This document shows positions 1 through 5,798 of a stretch of DNA of 5,846 nt, piece by piece. The position numbers and the translations under genes were made by a program. Under the pieces are notes generated by a model. The model was not told where the DNA came from, did not search any database, and saw only the letters and a list, made by a program, of their open reading frames with translations. Location: positions 1 through 5,846 of IMG/VR virus record IMGVR_UViG_2695420744_000016; one strand, 5' to 3'. The stretch is from a virus. Lineage: Duplodnaviria > Heunggongvirae > Uroviricota > Caudoviricetes. Every line of letters begins with the position of its first letter. The stretch's first letter is position 1.

Positions 1-29
1 GAATCATTTTTCAGATGGTGGAAAGAACC

Positions 30-1973
30 ATGGCATTTAAACACTATGATGTTGTCAGGGCGGCGTCGCCGTCAGATCTTGCGGAAAAGCTGACACATAA
101 ACTGAAAGAGGGCTGGCAGCCGTTTGGCAGTCCTGTGGCTATCACGCCTTATACACTGATGCAGGCCATTGCCGCAGAGGGTGATGTGACCACGCCTGTG
201 GTTGTGCCCGACACAGGGGCTGGTGGCTCTCCGGGAGTGGCTACCACTGAACCGGAGTATTACTACGTTATTCCCCTGGCCGGGCAGTCGAACGGTATGG
301 CCTATGGTGAGGGGCTTCCTCTGCCGGAGACCTATGATCGCCCTGACTCCCGTATTAAGCAGCTGGCCCGTCGCAGCACTGTGACGCCGGGTGGTGATAC
401 CTGTGCATACAATGACGTTATTCCGGCAGACCACTGTCTGCATGATGTTCAGGACATGAGCGCACTTAACCATCCTCATGCAGACCTGAGTAAGGGCCAG
501 TACGGGACTGTCGGTCAGGGGCTGCATATTGCCAAAAAACTGCTGCCTTATATCCCGCAGAATGCCGGGATTCTTCTGGTGCCCTGTTGCCGTGGCGGGT
601 CTGGTTTAACCGTGGGTAATGACGGCACGTTCAGCGAAACGTCTGGTGCATCGGCAAATTCAGCCCGCTGGGGAGTGGGTAAACCGCTGTATCAGGATTT
701 TCTCTTCCGTACAAAAGCGGCGCTGTCGAAGAACCCGAAAAACAGGCTTCTGGCCGTGGTATGGATGCAGGGGGAAAATGATCTTGCGGACGGCAGTCAG
801 CAGCACAGCGGCCTGTTTACCACTATGGTGCAGCAGTTCAGGGCTGATATGGCTGCATATTCTGCACAGTGTGTTGGCGGAAGTGCTGGCTCGGTGCCGT
901 GGATTTGTGGTGACACCACGTATTACTGGAAGAATCTTAACGCCGATAAATATGAGGCGGTATATGGCGGTTACAAGGGCAGGGAAGCACAGAATATTTT
1001 CTTTGTACCGTTCCTGACGGATGAGAATGGACAGAGCACGCCAACGAATGCTCCGGCGGAAGACCCGGATATTGTGGCTGTCGGGTATTACGGTGCAGCA
1101 TCCCGAACCCAGGGCAGTTTTGTTTCGACACAGCGTGACAGCCATTTCAGCTCATGGGCACGCAGGGGCGTCATTTCAGACCGTCTGGCCTCAGCTATTA
1201 TGCTCCATGCAGGGCGCACGGCTGAATTGATGCGCGGGCAGACCGTGACACCACCGGATGAGAAGCCGTCACCTGATACACCATCAAAACCGTCCACGCC
1301 ACCCGCAGACACCACGACGATGAGTACGCTATTTGCTTACCGGGCATCTGAGTCTGAAGGACGGTTGACACCACAGGGTTGGGCTGCTGGAGGTGGCAAG
1401 GCTCAAATCGTGGATGATGCCGGAGCCAGCGGGGGTAAGGCAATGAAACTGACCAAGGAAACAGGAAGAGCCCCCTGGTACCTTGAGCATGATGCTGGTA
1501 ATGGTGCGGACCTGCTGGGTAAAGGTGGTCTTGTCAGTTGTCGTTTTAAACTCGATGGCGCGCTTACGGCTAATCAGTACGCACTGGCGCTGTACTGGCC
1601 GGTTTCTTCATTGCCTCAGGGTGTCACACTGGAAGGTAATGCCGGTAACAATCTGCTGGCGTCGTTTTACGTACAGAGCGATGCCACAGACCTCAACGTG
1701 ATGTACCACAAGGGTAACGCTGACCAGAACACGAAGCTGGGGTCATTCGGCGCATTTGACAACGAATGGCATACGCTGGGTTTCCGTTTTGCCGGTAATA
1801 ACAGCATTCAGGTGACGCCGGTGATTGATGGTCAGGATGGTGCACCGTTCATGCTGTCGCAGTCTCCGGTAGGTTCTTTTGCGGCAGACAAATTACGTGT
1901 AACGGATATCACAAAAGCGGCGACGTATACGGTGCTGATTGAAAGTATAACAGTGGAAGTGAATAACCCGTAA
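30..1973 (+). CDS. nanS-p: Prophage sialate O-acetylesterase, NanS-p-like (SGNH/SASA hydrolase with N-terminal DUF1737-like segment and C-terminal lectin-like domain)
   Basis: Longest ORF in window. ATG 30 has an SD-like GGTGGA at 17-22 with a 7-nt spacer; the in-frame ATG at 15 has no SD, so 645 aa from 30 is preferred. GQSN catalytic motif in IPLAGQSNGMAYGEG, Pro/Ser/Thr linker PPDEKPSPDTPSKPSTPPADTTT, then a beta-rich C-terminal domain. Matches from memory the ~645-aa esterases encoded downstream of stx/Q in EHEC lambdoid prophages. Confidence 0.85.
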   Translation: MAFKHYDVVRAASPSDLAEKLTHKLKEGWQPFGSPVAITPYTLMQAIAAEGDVTTPVVVPDTGAGGSPGVATTEPEYYYVIPLAGQSNGMAYGEGLPLPETYDRPDSRIKQLARRSTVTPGGDTCAYNDVIPADHCLHDVQDMSALNHPHADLSKGQYGTVGQGLHIAKKLLPYIPQNAGILLVPCCRGGSGLTVGNDGTFSETSGASANSARWGVGKPLYQDFLFRTKAALSKNPKNRLLAVVWMQGENDLADGSQQHSGLFTTMVQQFRADMAAYSAQCVGGSAGSVPWICGDTTYYWKNLNADKYEAVYGGYKGREAQNIFFVPFLTDENGQSTPTNAPAEDPDIVAVGYYGAASRTQGSFVSTQRDSHFSSWARRGVISDRLASAIMLHAGRTAELMRGQTVTPPDEKPSPDTPSKPSTPPADTTTMSTLFAYRASESEGRLTPQGWAAGGGKAQIVDDAGASGGKAMKLTKETGRAPWYLEHDAGNGADLLGKGGLVSCRFKLDGALTANQYALALYWPVSSLPQGVTLEGNAGNNLLASFYVQSDATDLNVMYHKGNADQNTKLGSFGAFDNEWHTLGFRFAGNNSIQVTPVIDGQDGAPFMLSQSPVGSFAADKLRVTDITKAATYTVLIESITVEVNNP

Positions 1974-2121
1974 GCAGGAAAAAAAGACCGCCGTGGCAGG
2001 GAAAACAAGGAGCCAGAACCGGCGGCAGAAGTCGCTACATCCTTAGCAAAAATATGCTGAGCAAAAAATGCAGGAGTTTTTTACTGGCAGGCATTGACCA
2101 TGTCAATAATGGAGATGAATA

Positions 2122-2304
2122 ATGACATTTTTACAGCTGATTATGTTGTATTTCTGTACAGCAGTTTGTGTGCTGTATCTTCTTTCTGGTGGGTACAGAG
2201 TCGTGAGAGATTTCTGGCGCAGACAGATTGACAAAAGGGCCGCTGAGAAAATCAGTGCCAGTCAGTCAGCCGGAACAAAACCCGAAGAGCCTCTCATTCC
2301 GTAG
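2122..2304 (+). CDS. Hypothetical small membrane protein (60 aa, one predicted TM helix followed by a basic segment)
   Basis: ATG 2122 preceded by GGAG at 2111-2114 with a 7-nt spacer. Hydrophobic stretch FLQLIMLYFCTAVCVLYLLSGG followed by RVVRDFWRRQIDKR. No family recognised. Confidence 0.4.
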   Translation: MTFLQLIMLYFCTAVCVLYLLSGGYRVVRDFWRRQIDKRAAEKISASQSAGTKPEEPLIP

Positions 2305-2341
2305 CAACTTTCTTAACAACACCTTTCAACGAGAAAATACC

Positions 2342-2611
2342 ATGTCAGAAATAAAATCGCTGGTCACTGCTGAAGCAGTGAAGGAAGTCCTGCGCTCTGA
2401 AGAAGTCAGAAGCGCACTGAAACAGCAACTTCGGCAGAACCTTGAGGCGCGTCTTGATGCAGAAGTGGATGCCATTCTGGATGAACTGCTGGGCGCACCG
2501 ACTGTTCCGGAGCCGGAAGGCATTGCGGATGACAGTGCTGTTTCAGATGGCGTCGGGTCTCAGCCTGATGGTAGCAGTGAGCCTCAGCCTGACGGCGAAA
2601 TGATGATGTAA
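2342..2611 (+). CDS. Hypothetical acidic protein (90 aa), helical N-terminus and D/E/P/S-rich tail
   Basis: The ORF track gives 2228-2611, but 2228 is a TTG codon and overlaps the 2122-2304 ORF. The first in-frame ATG is 2342, with a weak GAGA SD-like sequence about 7 nt upstream. About 20 acidic versus 7 basic residues. Tail contains an imperfect repeat SQPDG...EPQPDG (DNA 2558-2571 and 2582-2595). Confidence 0.5.
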   Translation: MSEIKSLVTAEAVKEVLRSEEVRSALKQQLRQNLEARLDAEVDAILDELLGAPTVPEPEGIADDSAVSDGVGSQPDGSSEPQPDGEMMM

Positions 2612-2686
2612 CCATGCGCAGGGGCTGTCGGTGTGAGCTGATGCCCCTCTTGTTGTTGTGAGCTTCCGGATTGCGGGAGACGGGGT

Positions 2687-2902
2687 ATGTACCAGATGGA
2701 AAAAATCACAACAGGTGTGTCATACACCACGTCAGCGGTGGGGACGGGCTACTGGTTCCTGCAGCTGCTGGACAGGGTTTCCCCGTCTCAGTGGGCGGCA
2801 ATAGGCGTACTGGGAAGTCTGCTGTTTGGGCTGCTGACATATCTGACTAACCTGTATTTCAAAATCAGAGAGGACCGTCGTAAGGCGGCGCGGGGAGAGT
2901 AA
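2687..2902 (+). CDS. S: Class II holin, phage-21 S21-like pinholin (71 aa) with dual-start motif
   Basis: GGGAG at 2675-2679, 7 nt before ATG 2687. Met1 and Met4 (MYQMEK) form a dual start as in the S21 71/68 antiholin/holin pair. Two TMDs: Gly/Ser/Thr-rich TMD1 ([21 protein letters not shown]) and TMD2 ([23 protein letters not shown]), with a basic C-terminus [13 protein letters not shown] that matches S21 as I recall it. Confidence 0.9.
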   Translation: MYQMEKITTGVSYTTSAVGTGYWFLQLLDRVSPSQWAAIGVLGSLLFGLLTYLTNLYFKIREDRRKAARGE

Positions 2903-2906
2903 AGCG

Positions 2907-3251
2907 ATGAAGAAAAAATACGAACTGGTTGTTAAAGGGATAAATAATTACCCGAATAAGATTACTGTTACTGTGGCACTGGAAATTGGTGGGTATCCGT
3001 CACTGTTGTTGCCAGATGTGGCGATTAGTCTTGACCGTACTGAAGATGCCACGCTGGAGTTTTACGAAGCTGAGGCGAAAAAGCAGGCGAAGCAGTTTTT
3101 CATGGATGTTGCTGCCGGGTTATGTGAAGGGGATGGTCCGTTGCCGGAAAAGCGCCCCGTAATTTTAGAGGCGCAGGATGTGTTGATAACCTACAGAGGA
3201 AAACTACCGGGAATAATTACTGGTTCTCTGAAGACTCCACCGCTGGCCTGA
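2907..3251 (+). CDS. Hypothetical cytoplasmic protein (114 aa) between holin and endolysin; YdfR-like (DUF1327-type) by position and recollection
   Basis: ATG 2907 lies 4 nt after the holin stop (2900-2902) with GGAG at 2894-2897 as SD. No signal peptide or TM segment. The same holin - small unknown gene - lysozyme arrangement exists in E. coli K-12 Qin prophage (essQ-ydfR-rrrQ), recalled from memory. Confidence 0.7.
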   Translation: MKKKYELVVKGINNYPNKITVTVALEIGGYPSLLLPDVAISLDRTEDATLEFYEAEAKKQAKQFFMDVAAGLCEGDGPLPEKRPVILEAQDVLITYRGKLPGIITGSLKTPPLA

Positions 3252-3265
3252 AGACTTAACATATC

Positions 3266-3291
3266 CAGGGATTTGAAATCGATAAACCCTG
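3266..3291 (+). promoter_or_regulatory. Imperfect hairpin immediately upstream of the endolysin start codon
   Basis: CAGGG (3266-3270) pairs with CCCTG (3287-3291) plus two further A-T pairs after one mismatch. The endolysin ATG at 3302 has no recognisable SD in 3285-3301. Confidence 0.3.
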
Positions 3292-3301
3292 ATAAATATC
3301 C

Positions 3302-3835
3302 ATGAACACCAAAATCAAATACGGCCTGTCGGCTGCCGTTCTGGCGCTGATTGCCGCAGGTGCGCCTGCGCCTGAAATCCTCGACCAGTTTCTGGATGAA
3401 AAGGAAGGTAACCACACCACGGCATACCGTGATGGCGCGGGTATCTGGACCATCTGCCGCGGTGCCATCATGGTGGATAGTAAACCTGTCGTTCCGGGCA
3501 TGAAGTTGTCGAAGGAAAAATGCGACCAGGTTAACGCCATTGAGCGTGATAAAGCGCTGGCGTGGGTGGAGAAAAACATCAGAGTGCCGCTGACCGAACC
3601 CCAGAAAGCGGGGATCGCGTCATTCTGTCCGTACAACATTGGTCCCGGTAAGTGTTTCCCGTCGACGTTTTACAGACGAATTAATGCAGGTGATCGAAAA
3701 GGTGCCTGCGAAGCGATTCGCTGGTGGATTAAGGACGGTGGCAGAGACTGCCGTATTCGCTCAAATAACTGTTACGGTCAGGTATCCCGTCGTGACCAGG
3801 AGAGCGCGCTGGCGTGCTGGGGTATCGACAGATAA
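3302..3835 (+). CDS. R: SAR endolysin (signal-anchor-release lysozyme, T4-lysozyme-like GH24 muramidase), R21-type
   Basis: 177 aa. N-terminal Ala/Gly-rich weakly hydrophobic SAR segment GLSAAVLALIAAGAPAP. Catalytic E-x8-D-x5-T triad at E35/D44/T50 (EGNHTTAYRDGAGIWT). No Cys in the SAR segment, arguing against P1 Lyz-type disulfide caging. Confidence 0.92.
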   Translation: MNTKIKYGLSAAVLALIAAGAPAPEILDQFLDEKEGNHTTAYRDGAGIWTICRGAIMVDSKPVVPGMKLSKEKCDQVNAIERDKALAWVEKNIRVPLTEPQKAGIASFCPYNIGPGKCFPSTFYRRINAGDRKGACEAIRWWIKDGGRDCRIRSNNCYGQVSRRDQESALACWGIDR

Positions 3836-3924
3836 GCAGAATATTTTGCTGAAAAATGCGGTTTGCTCACACGGACGGATAACATGAAATCCTGCGAACT
3901 GGCGAAACGTAAGTGAATAAAAGT

Positions 3925-3964
3925 AAAAACCCCGTTTGTTGGCACCAAGCGGGGTTTTGTGTTT
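3925..3964 (+). terminator. Rho-independent terminator-like hairpin with flanking A- and T-tracts
   Basis: A-tract 3925-3929; stem 3930-3938 (CCCCGTTTG) pairs with 3946-3954 (CAAGCGGGG) as 9 bp including one G-U; 7-nt loop; followed by TTTTGTGTTT. The flanking A/T tracts make it potentially bidirectional. Confidence 0.6.
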
Positions 3965-4033
3965 CCTGACTCCGGAAAAGTCAAAGGAGAAAGTGTGTTT
4001 GATTTTAGCAAACTGATTCGGGAGATTCGAGTG

Positions 4034-4132
4034 ATGGCTGAAAAATTATCCACCTGGAAGTTCATTCTTATCTGGCTGGTGTTTGTGATTATGGCCTCCG
4101 GTTATTTCATCGGTCAGATACGCTGGTGGTGA
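4034..4132 (+). CDS. Candidate small single-pass membrane peptide (32 aa from ATG 4034; 46 aa if GTG 3995 is used), translationally coupled to Rz
   Basis: Below the 60-aa cutoff of the ORF track. GGGAG at 4020-4024, 9 nt before ATG 4034; alternatively AAGGAG at 3984-3989, 5 nt before GTG 3995. Translation [32 protein letters not shown]. Stop TGA 4130-4132 is 1 nt before the Rz ATG at 4134. Confidence 0.3.
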   Translation: MAEKLSTWKFILIWLVFVIMASGYFIGQIRWW

Positions 4133-4133
4133 A

Positions 4134-4601
4134 ATGAACCGCGTACTGTGCGTGGTCATCATTGCTCTGCTGGTGGCCTGTGGTGCGCTTAGTCTGGGGC
4201 TGAATCATTACCGCGATAACGCCATCACTTACAAAGCGCAGCGCGATAAAAAAGCCAGAGAGCTGGAGCTGGCAAACGCAACCATTACTGATATGCAGGT
4301 GCGCCAGCGTGATGTTGCTGCGCTCGATGCAAAATACTCGAGGGAATTAGCCGATGCGAGAGCTGAAAATGAAACTCTTCGCGCTGACGTTGCCGCTGGT
4401 CGTAAGCGCCTGCGTATCAACGCCACCTGTCCAGGTCCCGTGCGTGAAGCCACCGGCACCGCCCGCGTGGATAATGCAACCGGCCCCCGACTGGCAGACA
4501 CCGCTGAACGGGATTATTTCACCCTCAGAGAGCGGCTGATGACGATGCACAAGCAACTGGAAGGGGCGCAGGAATATATCCGTACTCAGTGCCTGAAATA
4601 A
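4134..4601 (+). CDS. Rz: Rz inner-membrane spanin (i-spanin), lambda-type
   Basis: 155 aa with an N-terminal TM helix ([20 protein letters not shown]) and a periplasmic coiled-coil domain. Long near-identical stretches to lambda Rz as I recall it ([46 protein letters not shown]). Confidence 0.92.
   Translation: MNRVLCVVIIALLVACGALSLGLNHYRDNAITYKAQRDKKARELELANATITDMQVRQRDVAALDAKYSRELADARAENETLRADVAAGRKRLRINATCPGPVREATGTARVDNATGPRLADTAERDYFTLRERLMTMHKQLEGAQEYIRTQCLK
4354..4539 (+). CDS. Rz1: Rz1 outer-membrane lipoprotein spanin (o-spanin), embedded in the +1 frame of Rz
   Basis: 61-aa ORF wholly inside Rz. Lipobox VSAC with Cys20. Pro-rich mature part whose C-terminus [32 protein letters not shown] is near-identical to lambda Rz1 as recalled. 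SD-like GGGA at 4342-4345. Confidence 0.88.
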   Translation: MRELKMKLFALTLPLVVSACVSTPPVQVPCVKPPAPPAWIMQPAPDWQTPLNGIISPSESG

Positions 4602-4951
4602 GTTTTGTTGATGCGCCGTATCGTCGCTGTATTCCCTCATTAACAGAGACCGCAGCCCGACAGGGAGACTCCTCTGCGCGAGTGTGCGGGGATAATCAAA
4701 AACGATACACACCGGGGTTTACCGCGTTAACGGAGCGCGGCGTTGTCCCCTCATAGTCGCCTGTCCGGTGCGATGGTGGAAGAAACCGGATGTTTATCAC
4801 TATTAATTGATGACACAGAAATGGATTCATTGAATTTCAGCACGTTTTTGTATTCGTGTTATTGAACATCTGTTTATTTTACTTTTAACATATTGATAAT
4901 AAAAAGAGCTGTAAATCTTTAGATGAGTCGATTTTGTCCGGGGAAGTTCAA

Positions 4952-5092
4952 ATGGATTTTATGCTGACGGTTTCTGGTGTGGTTATCCTGTCCATTGCTT
5001 ATACTGCAGATAAATATGGCTGCCATTTGTTATCACGTATTGGCGCTTATTGTTCGTTGATGCTGATTTTCTCGTCGCTTTTTTTTGAGTAA
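4952..5092 (+). CDS. Candidate small hydrophobic protein (46 aa), hypothetical
   Basis: ATG 4952 preceded by GGGGAAG at 4940-4946. Translation MDFMLTVSGVVILSIAYTADKYGCHLLSRIGAYCSLMLIFSSLFFE. Lies in an AT-rich segment; no family recognised. May correspond positionally to the small ORF annotated a few hundred bp before the right end of lambda, which I cannot confirm. Confidence 0.2.
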   Translation: MDFMLTVSGVVILSIAYTADKYGCHLLSRIGAYCSLMLIFSSLFFE

Positions 5093-5224
5093 GTTATATT
5101 AATTATAACAAATAATTTTCTGTGTTATTTTTTCAGGCTATCCCGTCAGAGGGGAAGCCTGTACTGCCGGGGAGCGAATGGAAAACTGATGTGTCCGGTA
5201 ACTGCGTGTTCTGTGAACACCATG

Positions 5225-5410
5225 TTACTTAATTATGTAATTCATACCCGAACTCTCTGTTGACAGCCTTCTTCTGCAGGCTTCAATAACCCACGCTGAA
5301 AAGTTTCCTGAACCTTTCAGATCAAGAGCGATGTTAATTTGTTCAATCATCTGGTTTGGAAATCGGATGTTGCGGGTTGTTGTTCTGCGGGTTCTGTTCT
5401 TTGATGACAT
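5225..5410 (-). CDS. Arc/Mnt-like ribbon-helix-helix (RHH) DNA-binding protein, 61 aa, orphan
   Basis: Reverse-strand ORF. Basic N-terminal arm (MSSKNRTRRTTTRN), predicted beta-strand NIRFP, helix A QMIEQINIALDL, G-x-N-x-S turn and helix B NFSAWVIEACRRRL. Aligns by eye with P22 Arc (FNLRWPREVLDLVRKVAEENGRSVNSEIYQRV). A -10-like GATAAT sits on the reverse strand at 5444-5449. Confidence 0.6.
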   Translation of the reverse strand: MSSKNRTRRTTTRNIRFPNQMIEQINIALDLKGSGNFSAWVIEACRRRLSTESSGMNYIIK

Positions 5411-5465
5411 AATGTTTCCCCATATTCAGTGTTGCTGATTTGTATTATCTGAAGTTGCTTTTACG

Positions 5466-5512
5466 TTAATTTGATGCAGATCAATTAATACGATACCTGC
5501 GTCATAATTGAT
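5466..5512. repeat. Cluster of TAATTGAT-type inverted repeats upstream of the RHH gene
   Basis: TAATTTGAT (5467-5475), ATCAATTA (5480-5487) and its exact reverse complement TAATTGAT (5505-5512); also CGTCA (5500-5504) paired with TGACG (5517-5521). Confidence 0.35.
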
Positions 5513-5609
5513 TATTTGACGTGGTTTGATGGCGTAGATGCACGTTGTGACATGTAGATGATAATTATTATCATTTTGCGGGTCCTTTCCGGCGATCCGA
5601 CAGGTTACG

Positions 5610-5621
5610 GGGCGGCGACCT
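5610..5621 (+). other. cosN, lambda-type 12-nt cohesive-end sequence GGGCGGCGACCT
   Basis: Exact lambda cohesive-end 12-mer. Flanked upstream by GGGTCCTTTCCGGCGATCCGACAGGTTACG (lambda right end as recalled, with one T-to-C difference) and downstream by CGCGGGTTTTCGCTATTTATGAAAATTTTCCGG (lambda left end). Confidence 0.85.
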
Positions 5622-5798
5622 CGCGGGTTTTCGCTATTTATGAAAATTTTCCGGTTTAAGGCATTTCCGTTCTTCTTCGTCGTAACTTAATGTTTTTATT
5701 TAAAATACCCCCTGAAAAGAAAGGAAACGACAGGTGCTGAAAACGAGCTTTTGGGCCTCTGTCGTTTCCTTTCTCTGTTTTTGGCCGTGGAATGAACA
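5622..5798 (+). other. cosB terminase-binding region (R3, I1/IHF, R2, R1 elements) of a lambda-type cos
   Basis: Nu1-binding R-element cores present: CATTTCC at 5662-5668 (R3; lambda has CGTTTCC as I recall), GGAAACG at 5723-5729 (R2, inverted), CGTTTCC at 5763-5769 (R1). AT-rich IHF-type segment around 5683-5705. Ends at the Nu1 start. Confidence 0.7.

Noticed and set aside
72-1701. Several ORFs of 60-161 aa overlapping the esterase gene on both strands (72-527 -, 202-384 +, 619-1017 +, 660-1145 -, 937-1131 -, 1021-1230 +, 1088-1315 -, 1198-1443 -, 1483-1701 +)
   Set aside because: All lie entirely inside the 645-aa esterase CDS in other frames or antisense, have Arg/Ser/Cys-rich low-complexity translations and no SD; they are shadow ORFs of a GC-rich gene.
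2228-2611. 127-aa version of the acidic-protein ORF as listed in the ORF track
   Set aside because: It starts at a TTG codon (2228-2230) and overlaps the 2122-2304 ORF in another frame; the in-frame ATG at 2342 gives a non-overlapping 90-aa protein and is preferred. The N-terminal extension remains possible.
2326-2615. Reverse-strand ORFs 2326-2523 and 2406-2615
   Set aside because: Antisense to the acidic-protein gene, with low-complexity Ser/Arg/His-rich translations and no start signals.
2620-2660. Possible terminator hairpin between the acidic-protein gene and the holin
   Set aside because: Only a 6-bp stem (AGGGGC/GCCCCT) with a 17-nt loop and an interrupted T-tract; too weak to call by eye.
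3191-3887. ORFs 3191-3415 (-), 3256-3639 (-) and 3639-3887 (+)
   Set aside because: Antisense or out-of-frame overlaps with the well-supported endolysin CDS; no independent support.
3778-4065. 95-aa reverse-strand ORF spanning the R-Rz intergenic region
   Set aside because: It runs through the terminator hairpin and overlaps both the endolysin 3' end and the candidate small + strand ORF. Its Ser/Arg/Thr-rich composition and lack of a convincing SD make it a likely chance ORF, though antisense transcription here is not excluded.
4229-4712. Reverse-strand ORFs 4229-4501 and 4347-4712
   Set aside because: Antisense to Rz/Rz1, which are strongly supported by near-identity to lambda; Ala/Arg-rich shadow translations.
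4773-4865. 30-codon ORF starting at ATG 4773 (MVEETGCLSLLIDDTEMDSLNFSTFLYSCY)
   Set aside because: No SD and no recognisable features; most likely a chance ORF in non-coding DNA.
4602-5224. Searched for a bor-like lipoprotein gene on the reverse strand downstream of Rz, as in lambda
   Set aside because: No ORF of suitable length and no recognisable signal peptide with lipobox on either strand; bor appears absent or replaced.
4952-5410. Toxin-antitoxin pair involving the RHH gene
   Set aside because: No toxin-sized ORF is adjacent on the same strand (downstream of the RHH stop there are only 25 codons), and the 46-aa hydrophobic ORF is on the opposite, convergent strand. The RHH gene is treated as an orphan regulator.
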